From positions 401 through 64,400 of the forward strand of contig DASSFS010000040.1 of assembly GCA_035694165.1 (NCBI GenBank): DNA of 64,000 nt, given 5' to 3'. Positions within the stretch are counted from its first letter, which is position 1, and every line of letters starts with the position of its first letter. The stretch comes from Solirubrobacterales bacterium (GTDB taxonomy: Bacteria; Actinomycetota; Thermoleophilia; Solirubrobacterales; 70-9). Made by a program: the position numbers and the translations under genes. The notes below the pieces were generated by a model. It was not told where the DNA came from and did not search any database. It worked only from the letters and a program-made list of their open reading frames with translations. This document shows positions 9,050 to 17,394 of this stretch, in pieces.

Positions 9050-10425
9050 TTAGTTGCGATGAAGTGCCGGATCGCGGCCACCGCCGGCGAGCGGAAGGGG
9101 AAGTAGAGGCTCGAGACGTGGCCGCGGTCCGGCACCAGGTACAGACGTGAACGGGGGAAGCGGCGCCGGACCTGCCGCGCCTCCGCAACCGAGGTGATGT
9201 CGTCGACCTGACCGGCCAGGATCACGGTCGGGAAGGTGGTCGGGGCCCGCCAGCCGGCCGGCACCGGCGGCTCCAGCCCGCCCAGCGGCGGCGCTGGCCA
9301 GGTCAGGCAGTTGGTCAGGTGGGCGGCCGAGGAGAGCAGATACTCGCGGCGGCCGAAGGGCGCGAAGTGGTCCTTGGGCAGGCGAATCACCGCCGCCGAG
9401 AGCTGGCGGATCCGCTCGTCGATCTCCGCGTCGGGGTCCCAGAGCAACGGGTAGTCGTTGCACTCGACCGCGATCTCGAGGCCGTATGAGAATTCTCCGA
9501 GCTCCCCGTGGCCGGCCGGTCCCGGCGCGATCAGCCGGTTCAGCCGTCGCGGCTCGCCGGCGAGGAAGCGGCGGACGCCGTCGTCGAGGCTGAGGTAGGA
9601 GCGCGGCGCCAGGGTCCCCGACTGAAGCAGGAAATCGATCAGCCCCTCGGTCGAGCGCTTGGCTACGTGGAAGCGGCGAACGACGCGGGAGAAACGCGCG
9701 ACCGGGTCACCGGAGCAGGCGGGCGAGTGGCGACAGGCGATCCGCAGGCCGTCGCGGCCGGCAGGAAGGAGCGTCCGGTAGTAGGGATCGTCGCCGGGGT
9801 AGGCGGAGTCGAGGATGAGGCCGCGCAGGGCCGCCGGGTAGCGGACCGCGTAGGCCTGACCGAACAGCGTCCCGTAGGAGTCGCCGTAGAAAAAGACGCG
9901 GCCGAGGCCGAGCGCCCCTCGCACCGCCTCGAGATCATGCGCCGCTTCGGCCGTGGTGTACCCGGCGTAGCGTGGGCCGAGCTGGTTGGCGCATTCGCCG
10001 ATCGCGATCGATTCCTGGATCAACCCTTTCTGCAGAGTCGGGCAGTTGACGACGTCGGAGCGGCCGGTACCGCGCTCGTCGAAGAGCACCAGGTCGTGGC
10101 GGCGCAGCAGCGGCGCCAGCACCGCGACCAGCGAACGAGCGAAGGGAGCCGCGGTCGAGGCGTATCCCGGACCGCCGTCCATCGCCATGATCGTGCCCAG
10201 CGAGGGGCGGCCACGATCGGATCGGGTGCGAACCGCGAAGGCGACTTTGATAGTCCCGAGCGCGGGGTCGGCGCGGCGCATCGGCACCGTGACCTGGCCG
10301 CACTTGAACGGCCGCGGTAGGCCGAGATCACAGCTGCGGAGCTCGGGTCCCGCGGCGCCAGCAACCGGGGGCAGGAGGAAGCCCGCGAGCACGATCGGAA
10401 CGACAGCACGCAGGAAGGTCTTCAT
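9046..10425 (-). CDS. Secreted alpha/beta hydrolase (tripeptidyl-aminopeptidase-like, S33)
   Basis: Start moved to the internal ATG (codon 62 of track ORF), giving MKTFLRAVVPIVLAGFLLPPVAGAAG as signal peptide. GDSYG nucleophile elbow. The upstream 61 codons are Arg/Pro junk. Confidence 0.8.
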   Translation of the reverse strand: MKTFLRAVVPIVLAGFLLPPVAGAAGPELRSCDLGLPRPFKCGQVTVPMRRADPALGTIKVAFAVRTRSDRGRPSLGTIMAMDGGPGYASTAAPFARSLVAVLAPLLRRHDLVLFDERGTGRSDVVNCPTLQKGLIQESIAIGECANQLGPRYAGYTTAEAAHDLEAVRGALGLGRVFFYGDSYGTLFGQAYAVRYPAALRGLILDSAYPGDDPYYRTLLPAGRDGLRIACRHSPACSGDPVARFSRVVRRFHVAKRSTEGLIDFLLQSGTLAPRSYLSLDDGVRRFLAGEPRRLNRLIAPGPAGHGELGEFSYGLEIAVECNDYPLLWDPDAEIDERIRQLSAAVIRLPKDHFAPFGRREYLLSSAAHLTNCLTWPAPPLGGLEPPVPAGWRAPTTFPTVILAGQVDDITSVAEARQVRRRFPRSRLYLVPDRGHVSSLYFPFRSPAVAAIRHFIATN

Positions 10426-10427
10426 CG

Positions 10428-11510
10428 GTGGCCAACTTAGCCTTCGTGGGCGACCATCCGCAACCGCTCGTGCGCCGGCTGGCGCGGATCGTCGCCTGGA
10501 TCGGCGGCGTCGCGCTGCTGATCTTCGTGCTCGATCTGCTCGGCGTGCCCGCGGAGGAGTGGATCCGCGACCTCTTCCGCAAGGTCGGCGAGGTGCCGGC
10601 CTGGGCAATCGTCGCCGGTGTCAGCCTGGAGACGACGCAAACCTCGCTCGCCGCTCTGGCCTGGTTCGGGATCCTCCGCGCCGCCCTCCCCCAGGCCCGC
10701 ATCCCTTTCCGGCTCGTGCTCGCCTGCTACGCCGTTGCCGTGGCCCTGAACGGCTTCCTGCCGGCCAACCTCGGCACCTGGGTGATGCTGCTGATGTTGA
10801 CGACGCTGATCGCCGGCGCCACCTTCACGATGGTCTTCTCGGGGCTACTCGTGGAGAAGATCCCGTTCACCGTTTTCAACGTCGCCCTCTACCTCTATCT
10901 CTTCCTTTCGGTCAGCGGCTCCTTCTCGATCAAACTCGGCTTCCTCGCCGACCACACCGCCCTCGTCGTCCTGATCGCGGTCGGCGCCATCGTCCTCGGG
11001 GTCCTGCTGGGGCGGATCTTCTGGGAGCGACTGGCGGGGCTGCGCGCGCAGCTGGTCAGCGGCGGCGCGATTCTGCGCAGTCGCCGCAAGACGCTCACCG
11101 ACCTCTTCCTGCCCGTCCTCGGCAGCTTCGCCGCACGACTCGCGATCATCGCCGTCTTCCTCGGGGCCTACGGGATTCCGGTCAGCTTCCACAACGTCGC
11201 CACCGTCACCGCCTCGAACTCGATCTCCAACAGCGTCTCCGCCACCCCGGGCGGGGTCGGCGTAACCCAGGCGATGAACTCGGCGGCGCTTTCGGGCTCG
11301 GTCGACGCCGCCACCGCAACCGCCTACTCGATCGGCCAGCAGCTGATCATCTCTGCCTGGGACGTGATCTTCGCGGTGATAATCGTCTCCTGGGTCTTCG
11401 GCTGGTCCGGCGGCAAAGCGCTGGTCGAGTCCTCTTACACGGACGCCAAGGTCAAAAGCCGCGAGCTGAAAGAAAAACGCAAGAAGGGCAAGGGCGAGCC
11501 GGCGAGCTAG
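10428..11510 (+). CDS. Polytopic membrane protein, flippase-like / lysylphosphatidylglycerol-synthase TM-region family (UPF0104-like)
   Basis: 360 aa with about 8 TM segments and a Lys-rich C-terminus. The family assignment rests on overall architecture only. Confidence 0.55.
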   Translation: MANLAFVGDHPQPLVRRLARIVAWIGGVALLIFVLDLLGVPAEEWIRDLFRKVGEVPAWAIVAGVSLETTQTSLAALAWFGILRAALPQARIPFRLVLACYAVAVALNGFLPANLGTWVMLLMLTTLIAGATFTMVFSGLLVEKIPFTVFNVALYLYLFLSVSGSFSIKLGFLADHTALVVLIAVGAIVLGVLLGRIFWERLAGLRAQLVSGGAILRSRRKTLTDLFLPVLGSFAARLAIIAVFLGAYGIPVSFHNVATVTASNSISNSVSATPGGVGVTQAMNSAALSGSVDAATATAYSIGQQLIISAWDVIFAVIIVSWVFGWSGGKALVESSYTDAKVKSRELKEKRKKGKGEPAS

Positions 11511-12277
11511 GCCTGCTTGTGGCTCTCGACGAAGATCTCGAACTGCTTCGCGGTCGGCTCGCGGACCTTACCGTTGCCGTGGAAGACCCTGATCAATTCC
11601 ATCCCGACCGAGGACATGATCTCCGTCAGCTCCTCGACGGTGTAGAGCCGCTGGCGGAATTCGATCGGCTTCAGCTCGTCCAGCACCTCGCCGAAGCGGA
11701 TCGGGATCATCGCCCCTTCCATGTATTTGTCGCGGCGATTCCAGCGGTGCTCGACGAGTTCGATCATCGAAGACCCCGAGATCCACGATTTCTGCGGCAG
11801 GTGCTCGCGCGCGTAAAGGACGTTGGGCAGCTGCATCAGGTGACGCCCGCCCGGCTTCAGTGAGCGCGAGATCACCTCGAAGGTGCGCAGGTTCTCCGCT
11901 TCGGTCTCGAGGTAGCCGATCGCACCGTCGTTGAGGCTGAGGACGACGTCGAACTCGGCCTCGAAACCGAGGTCGCGCAGATCCGCCTCGACAAAGGAGA
12001 CGTCTAGGCCCTCCTTCTCCGCGTCGCGCCTCGCGATCTCCAGCAGCTCGGGCGAGATGTCGGCGCCGACCGCCTCGAAGCCCTGCCGCTTCAGCTCCAG
12101 CGAGTGACGGCCCGAGCCACAGGCGAGGTCGAGCACGCGCTCTCCCCCCTCCGGCTTCAGCATCCGCATCGCCCGCTCGACTTCGGCCTCGGTCCGGTCG
12201 GTCCAGGCCATGTCGGCCGTGTCGGCAAACGCCGAGACGTACCAGTCCTGCGGAATCTCCTTCGCCAGAACGCTCAT
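11507..12277 (-). CDS. Class I SAM-dependent methyltransferase
   Basis: 256 aa with motif I VLDLACGSGRHSLEL and motif II-like DVVLSLNDG. Confidence 0.85.
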   Translation of the reverse strand: MSVLAKEIPQDWYVSAFADTADMAWTDRTEAEVERAMRMLKPEGGERVLDLACGSGRHSLELKRQGFEAVGADISPELLEIARRDAEKEGLDVSFVEADLRDLGFEAEFDVVLSLNDGAIGYLETEAENLRTFEVISRSLKPGGRHLMQLPNVLYAREHLPQKSWISGSSMIELVEHRWNRRDKYMEGAMIPIRFGEVLDELKPIEFRQRLYTVEELTEIMSSVGMELIRVFHGNGKVREPTAKQFEIFVESHKQA

Positions 12278-12363
12278 TTCTGCCTCCCAAGCTGCTCAGC
12301 CGCTCTGAGAATCACCTACTACTCAACTCTCCCATAGTGGCGAAGAAGATAGCGGATCGGCGC

Positions 12364-13311
12364 TCACGGGACTTCGGGCGGAGCTTCTTCGCTTGGGGTG
12401 CCGGAGCCGACTTCGGGAGCGGCGCCTTCGGAGCCTTCCGACCCGCTTTCGCCGCCTTCTTCTTCGGTTTCCGGCGTGGTCCCTTCGCCTTCTTCCCCTG
12501 ACCCTTCTTCTTCGGTGGTTTCTTCCTCGACGGTGTCAGTCGTTTCATTCGTTTCCGGCAACTCGGGCAGGTCGCCGATTTCCGCCGCCAGCGTTTTCAG
12601 GTTCTCGCTGACCACCTCTTCGAGTTCCTCTTCCGTCTCGACGAATTCGACTTCGGCGTGCTCACCCAGGGCCTCGGTGAAGCTGGCGAGCTGCTCGCGG
12701 GTGCCCTGCGACGGCTTCAGCGCGACCATCTTGAAGGTCGCGTCGATGCCGCTGCTGTCCAGCCTGCGGCGAATTTCGGCCGGAGCGTTGTCGAGGCATT
12801 CGTCTTCCGCTGCACCGGCGATGATGACCACCTGCCTGGTCGAGGCGGGGCCCTGAAAGTTTTCCGAGGCGGTGAATTCGGAGATCGCTTCGATCACCGC
12901 GTAGGCGAGGCTGGATTCGCCTTCGGCGCGTTGCGCGGCGGCCTCCTCGGCGACGTCGTCGGAGTGATCCTTGCCGAAGTCGACCAGAAGTTCGCCGCCT
13001 TCGTCGCAGCTTCGACCGGTCCGCCGCAACGCCAGACCCTCCTCCTGCAGTGGGACGACGTAGTCGCGGATCGCCTCGGTGGCCGCCTCGAGCTTGGTTC
13101 CCTCTCCAAACGGCTCCGCCATCCCGGCGGACGCGTCGAGAATGATCTGCGTGTTGGCGCGCGCGAACTCCGTCGCGGAGATGTCGGCGGCTACGTCCCA
13201 GGGCTTGGGTGCACCGGAGAACGCCCAGAGGGCGCCGGCGAGCCCGACCACGGCGACGGTCCCCTGAAACCAGCGCTGCTCATAGAACGGAGCTTTCTCC
13301 TTGCCGGCCAT
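12364..13311 (-). CDS. Membrane-anchored vWA-like protein with highly acidic Glu/Thr/Gly C-terminal tail
   Basis: 315 aa. N-terminal TM (WFQGTVAVVGLAGALWAF), then a vWA-like fold starting IILDASAGM. This is a degenerate MIDAS: D-x-S-x-G instead of D-x-S-x-S. Confidence 0.65.
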   Translation of the reverse strand: MAGKEKAPFYEQRWFQGTVAVVGLAGALWAFSGAPKPWDVAADISATEFARANTQIILDASAGMAEPFGEGTKLEAATEAIRDYVVPLQEEGLALRRTGRSCDEGGELLVDFGKDHSDDVAEEAAAQRAEGESSLAYAVIEAISEFTASENFQGPASTRQVVIIAGAAEDECLDNAPAEIRRRLDSSGIDATFKMVALKPSQGTREQLASFTEALGEHAEVEFVETEEELEEVVSENLKTLAAEIGDLPELPETNETTDTVEEETTEEEGSGEEGEGTTPETEEEGGESGSEGSEGAAPEVGSGTPSEEAPPEVP

Positions 13312-13359
13312 TTGGCCGCAAGTCTCTCTGAAAACACAAGGTCTCTCAAGTAATCGCTC

Positions 13360-15090
13360 TCAGCAGTAGCGCTTGACCGCGTCGCCGACGGTCCGCACCC
13401 TGACTTTCCCTTCTTTCTGCAGGGCGCGGACGTGGTCGACAATCGCCTCGAATTCGTCGTCGTTGAACTCGGTCGCTTCGTCTGGCTCACCGCCGACGAG
13501 GTCGTGGAAGGAGAGCATCAGCCAGCTTCCCTGCGCCGCGGCACTGTCGATGACCGATTCGACTTCATCGCCGTCGGTGTCGAAGCCGTTGATCGACCAG
13601 CCGCGCATCGTGTAATGGTCGCGCGGGGGCAGCGTTTCGGGACCCCTCGCCGTTACCCGTCCGGAGCAGTAGTCGCGAGCGACGAATTTCCGCACCGACT
13701 CCCCGGCCGCACCCTTTGGATAGGCGAAGCTCAGGCGGCTGAAGCCGTGTTCGTAGATCCAGTCGCGCAAACCGTCCATCTCGGCTTTCAGCGCCGCGGG
13801 TTCGAGGTCGTCGAGGCCGTCGGGGAGGTTGTGGCTCGCAATCGTCAGCGAATGACCGCCGATCTCCCACTGGTGCTGGTCTCGCAGTTTGTAGAGCTGT
13901 TCGAGATCGAGGATGTTGGCGGTGCCGACGGTGTCGGCGATCACGTAAGTCGAGGCTGGATAGCGATAGGTCGAGAGCTTTTTGAGACCGCGGGTGAAGA
14001 CGGATTCATAGCCATCGTCAAAGGCGAAGCTGATCGTCGCCTTGCGTTCCGTCGGAACCGCGTAGATACCGGCGACGTAGAAGAAGACCGACCCGGTTTC
14101 GTTGTCGGTGACGATGACCTGCGCGCGGTCGATCTGCGACCAGTCGACGTTGCCGACGACATCGAAGGCGCCGATCGGCAGCGACTGGAACTCGAAGGTG
14201 CTGCCGAGGATGACCGGATCGAGGTCTTCCTGCCAGATCGTGGCTTCGGCGTAGTCGGTGGCGATGTCGCCGGAGGCGAGCCGCAGTTTGACGGCCCGCA
14301 GCCGGTTGCTGAAGCTGACCTGGCCGTGAACCGAGACGTGGGAGCTGCGGAAGTCGACCGGATCGAGCGCCGGTGAGCTGGCAATCGATGCGGCTCCCGT
14401 GCCGTTGCTGGTGATCCGGTAGGAACGATCCCCGTTGACGGCAAACGGTCCGCCGGCGTCAGCGAATTCGCCGACGCCATTGCCGGTCCAGCCATGTCCT
14501 TCCGGGAACATCGCCAGCGGCTGCTCTTCGTATTCGACTTCCGGTTCCTCGAGTGGCGGCTCTTCCTCCGGGGGTTCTTCCCCGGGTGGCGGATCGGCGG
14601 GCGGAGTTGACGGCGCCGCGGACGAGGAGGTGGGAGGAAGCGGAGCGGGTGGCTGGTCGGCCGGCGGCCCTTCGACCCGCTCACAGCTGGCCGCAACTCG
14701 ATCGACGGGGTCGACGATGGCCACGTCGCCAGTACCGGAACCGCAGTTCACCGTGTCGACGGAGCCGTCCTTCGCCAGGAGCCGATCGTCGCCGCTGCCC
14801 CCAAGCTGCCAATCGGCACCAGGGCCGCCCATGAGCTTGTCGGCGCCGGTACCGCCGACGAGCTGGTCGGCGCCCGCCTTGCCGAAGAGCGTGTCATCAC
14901 CGCCTAGCCCCCGCAAAGTGTCGGCCCGAGCCGTGCCGATCAGAGAGTCTGAGCCGGGACCGCCGACTCTGGGGGCCGCAGCGCCGGGAGCCGCCGCAAC
15001 CAGTTCAAACATCGGCAGGGCCAGCGCGACGATCGCCAAGGCAAGCAAGCGTGTACCGCTCGCGGTCCGGCCCTCACCCCTCATTCGCAA
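13360..15090 (-). CDS. Secreted multidomain protein: RTX-type Ca-binding repeats + Pro/Glu linker + beta-sandwich-like middle domain + NodB polysaccharide deacetylase
   Basis: 576 aa. Signal peptide. GGDDTLFGKAGADQLVGGTGADKLMGGPGADWQLGGSGDDRL nonapeptide repeats. C-terminal FAFDDGYESV...H...H block typical of CE4 deacetylases. Confidence 0.75.
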   Translation of the reverse strand: MRMRGEGRTASGTRLLALAIVALALPMFELVAAAPGAAAPRVGGPGSDSLIGTARADTLRGLGGDDTLFGKAGADQLVGGTGADKLMGGPGADWQLGGSGDDRLLAKDGSVDTVNCGSGTGDVAIVDPVDRVAASCERVEGPPADQPPAPLPPTSSSAAPSTPPADPPPGEEPPEEEPPLEEPEVEYEEQPLAMFPEGHGWTGNGVGEFADAGGPFAVNGDRSYRITSNGTGAASIASSPALDPVDFRSSHVSVHGQVSFSNRLRAVKLRLASGDIATDYAEATIWQEDLDPVILGSTFEFQSLPIGAFDVVGNVDWSQIDRAQVIVTDNETGSVFFYVAGIYAVPTERKATISFAFDDGYESVFTRGLKKLSTYRYPASTYVIADTVGTANILDLEQLYKLRDQHQWEIGGHSLTIASHNLPDGLDDLEPAALKAEMDGLRDWIYEHGFSRLSFAYPKGAAGESVRKFVARDYCSGRVTARGPETLPPRDHYTMRGWSINGFDTDGDEVESVIDSAAAQGSWLMLSFHDLVGGEPDEATEFNDDEFEAIVDHVRALQKEGKVRVRTVGDAVKRYC

Positions 15091-15115
15091 GTCTCAGTCC
15101 TCCTGGTCGGCGACT

Positions 15116-15156
15116 CCAAAATGGTGCCATTTCGAACACATCGGCACCAAATTTGG
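15116..15156 (-). terminator. Hairpin plus U-run downstream of the SET gene (candidate intrinsic terminator)
   Basis: Seen directly. CCAAAATGGTGCC (15116-15128) pairs with GGCACCAAATTTGG (15143-15156). On the minus-strand RNA the GGUGCC/GGCACC stem is followed by AUUUUGG. Confidence 0.45.
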
Positions 15157-15230
15157 ATCGCTGAAGAAAGACTCCTACCAGCCTCGACTCGCCTCGACGC
15201 TCGCTTCCGCCGCCACCCGATTCAGTCCGC

Positions 15231-15728
15231 TCAGGCGGCTGAGAGAGCCAGCTCGCGATCGATCTCGAGCAGGTAGGGCGCGACCAGACCCGCGTAGGCG
15301 GCCTTGCGCTCCTCGGGGAGATCCTTCCAGCCGGTTACCGAGCCGCGACAGATATCGGCTCCGCAGAGACAGCCGCCTGGGAAATGCTCAATCGAGTAAT
15401 TGCGCATCGCATAGTCGAAGGTGATCTCCTCGCCGTCCGAGATCGATTTCCTGGCCACGAAGTCGCAGGCACCCGTGGCGTTCAGCTCAACGCCGCAGTT
15501 CGGGCTGCACGAATGGTTGACCTTGGGCCCGAGACCGCCGTGCCTGGCCCACTTGGTGCGACTTACCTGGGTCGCGTGCGAGTCGTTGCAGGCGACCTCG
15601 CCTTCGAGAGTTCCGACCATCACCGTCTCGCCGACCCGGAAGCCACGGGTCGCGCGAACGCCACCGCCCTTGTCGCCTTCTGGAGTGCACAACTCATATC
15701 CAACGGGATCCAAGGGACCGCCTCTCAA
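15231..15728 (-). CDS. SET-domain protein (lysine) methyltransferase with post-SET Cys cluster
   Basis: 165 aa. Motifs NHSCSPNC, EEITFDY, and CLCGADICRG (post-SET-like). Confidence 0.8.
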   Translation of the reverse strand: MRGGPLDPVGYELCTPEGDKGGGVRATRGFRVGETVMVGTLEGEVACNDSHATQVSRTKWARHGGLGPKVNHSCSPNCGVELNATGACDFVARKSISDGEEITFDYAMRNYSIEHFPGGCLCGADICRGSVTGWKDLPEERKAAYAGLVAPYLLEIDRELALSAA

Positions 15729-15824
15729 TTGTTTGCGCGCAGCGAGAGCTGCGCCCGGCGACTCTAGTCCTTCGATGTCCCGTGCCTCGGTCCCCTGGCA
15801 TCAACCAGTGAAGTTTGACGCCTG

Positions 15825-16004
15825 CTACCCGAGCTGACCGCTCCCGCCGCAGCTAGTACAAGTCAGCTTTCCAGCGCCGTAGCAAAGGTCGCAGGTTATC
15901 CGAGGACCGCTTGGGTCTGTTGGGTTTGTGATCTGGCAAGAGCCACCACACTTGAAGCAAGAAGCCATTCCGCTTCCATCGCAGTTTAGGCACGCATAAG
16001 ACAT
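15825..16004 (-). CDS. Stand-alone DnaJ-type (CR) zinc-finger miniprotein, 4 x CxxCxGxG-like
   Basis: 59 aa from the second ATG, which has GGGGAGG 6 nt upstream. Motifs are CLNCDGSG, CFKCGGSC, CDLCYGAG, CTSCGGSG. My hand count gives about 56% GC, clearly below the surroundings. Confidence 0.6.
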   Translation of the reverse strand: MSYACLNCDGSGMASCFKCGGSCQITNPTDPSGPRITCDLCYGAGKLTCTSCGGSGQLG

Positions 16005-16034
16005 GTCAAACCTCCCCATTTTTTGGTTCCCACG

Positions 16035-16211
16035 CTAATCGTCCTGCGCCCGCGGTGAGCGAATAAATCCAGGGAGCTCGGCTGAGTTCGCTGGGGTCGG
16101 AAACAATTTCGGGACCCAGTTTCGGCTCCAGAGGTCTGCCGGCAAGTTGAGCGCAGCCGCAGCTTCCTCCACATCCCGCCGCGCTCGCGGGGTGACGATG
16201 ATCTGCGCCAC
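16035..16211 (-). pseudogene. Truncated/degenerate ParE/RelE-like toxin remnant directly following the RHH gene
   Basis: Own translation of an ORF below the track size cutoff. GTG follows the RHH stop immediately (TGAGTG): VAQIIVTPRARRDVEEAAAALNLPADLW... (58 codons). The N-terminus resembles ParE/RelE (I.V.P.A..D.EE). A second frame carries GRPLEPKLGPEI, which suggests frameshift and deletion. Confidence 0.3.
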
Positions 16212-16475
16212 TCAAGAAGTCAGCTCGTCGAGCGGCGTTCCCTCGCCGCGAGCAGCCTGCCCGAGCCCCTCCTGCGTGCGCTCCCAAGCGCCGGGAATCG
16301 CATCGAGGATCTCGGTGATCCGCGATGCATCTGGGTCGGCGTCGTCAAGGGCCGTCGAGAGCAAAGAGCGGGCCAGGGTCCCCTCCTGCACATGGGTTCG
16401 CTCGGCGAGTCGCGCAAGCTTCAGGGCGTGTGCTTCATCGAGCGTCACGTTGACTCGCTTGGGATTCGCGGCCAT
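16212..16475 (-). CDS. Ribbon-helix-helix (CopG/MetJ-like) antitoxin-type protein
   Basis: Internal ATG (codon 38 of the track ORF): MAANPKRVNVTLDEAHALKLARLAERTHVQEGTLARSLL. This is the typical RHH beta-strand plus two helices. Confidence 0.7.
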   Translation of the reverse strand: MAANPKRVNVTLDEAHALKLARLAERTHVQEGTLARSLLSTALDDADPDASRITEILDAIPGAWERTQEGLGQAARGEGTPLDELTS

Positions 16476-16533
16476 GGACCAGACCGTACACCAGACTACA
16501 CGCCCCGTGCAAACGCCCCGGCCTGTCCGTGCT

Positions 16534-16851
16534 TCAGCAAGGTCGCCGCGAGGCCGCCTCTGCCAACTCCGCAACGGCGCGGGCATCGTCCGCCATTCGG
16601 TTGATGACCGTCTCGATCAGTGCAATCGCCGCCCGACATGCCTCCTCCCCAATCGCCTCCACCTCCCAGTAAGCGCTCGTGGTCAACAAATCGCGTATCG
16701 CCTCGGCTCTGTTGTCGCCGGAAAGCGCATCCGCCGGCAGGTTCATCAGCGTCTGGAGCACGAAGTCGACCGCCACAACGGCCCCCATCAACTCCTCGAT
16801 CAACTCCTCGGAGGCGGCACGGACTCCTGGCTCGGGCATCGTCACGGCCAT
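16534..16851 (-). CDS. Hypothetical acidic helical protein
   Basis: 105 aa with plausible high third-position GC. No recognisable motif. It lies between the tRNA-Met 3' end and the RHH gene. Confidence 0.4.
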   Translation of the reverse strand: MAVTMPEPGVRAASEELIEELMGAVVAVDFVLQTLMNLPADALSGDNRAEAIRDLLTTSAYWEVEAIGEEACRAAIALIETVINRMADDARAVAELAEAASRRPC

Positions 16852-16896
16852 TCAAGGGCTGGGCGAGGTCAATCTCTCCCCCTGCGGCGCGATCTA

Positions 16897-16970
<74 letters not shown>

Positions 16971-17001
16971 GGAGGGTGCGAGGGTAGCCCAGTGGAGGAA
17001 G

Positions 17002-17394
17002 CTAGGCGCTGAAGAGCTGGGCCAGCGAGCGGCCGACGTCAGGTGGCTCTTCTTCGCCTTTGGCGGCCGCGGCGGCGCCCTCGGCGAGGGCCTTCGCCGC
17101 GTCGGCGATCTGATGGGCGCGACCGCCGCGGATGACGCCGGTCGTCTTCGCTTCGGCGAGGTCGGACTCCATCAGGCCGGCCAGCTCGGCGAGGCGACGC
17201 AGGCCGACGACGCCGGCGGTGCCGCGCAGGGCGTGCGCTTCGGAGCGCATCGTCTCGAAGTCGGTCGTCTCGGTGGCGAGGCCGGCGGCGATCACGTCAC
17301 AGCGACGGCGCGCCTCCTCGGCGAAGGTGGCCAGTAGCTCCTCTTTGGAGGCGGTCTCCTCCTTCGAGGGCTCCTTCTCCTTCTTGTCGCTCAT
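17002..17394 (-). CDS. Stand-alone Hpt (histidine phosphotransfer) domain protein
   Basis: Internal ATG (codon 58 of the track ORF) overlapping the upstream stop (ATGA). EAHALRGTAGVVGL matches the Hpt HxxKG-type phospho-His helix. Predicted all-helical, about 130 aa. Confidence 0.65.
   Translation of the reverse strand: MSDKKEKEPSKEETASKEELLATFAEEARRRCDVIAAGLATETTDFETMRSEAHALRGTAGVVGLRRLAELAGLMESDLAEAKTTGVIRGGRAHQIADAAKALAEGAAAAAKGEEEPPDVGRSLAQLFSA

Noticed and set aside
9986-11863. 625-aa plus-strand ORF spanning three annotated genes
   Set aside because: It runs antisense through the hydrolase gene, out of frame through the flippase-like gene, and antisense into the methyltransferase gene. 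The translation is dominated by Arg/Pro/Gly runs, with no domain signature.
12364-13311. vWA protein together with the Ser/Thr kinase (5864..7453) and PP2C phosphatase (50264..52021) as a vWA-kinase-phosphatase ternary conflict system
   Set aside because: The three genes are 5-40 kb apart and belong to different transcription units, so there is no genomic linkage to support a system.
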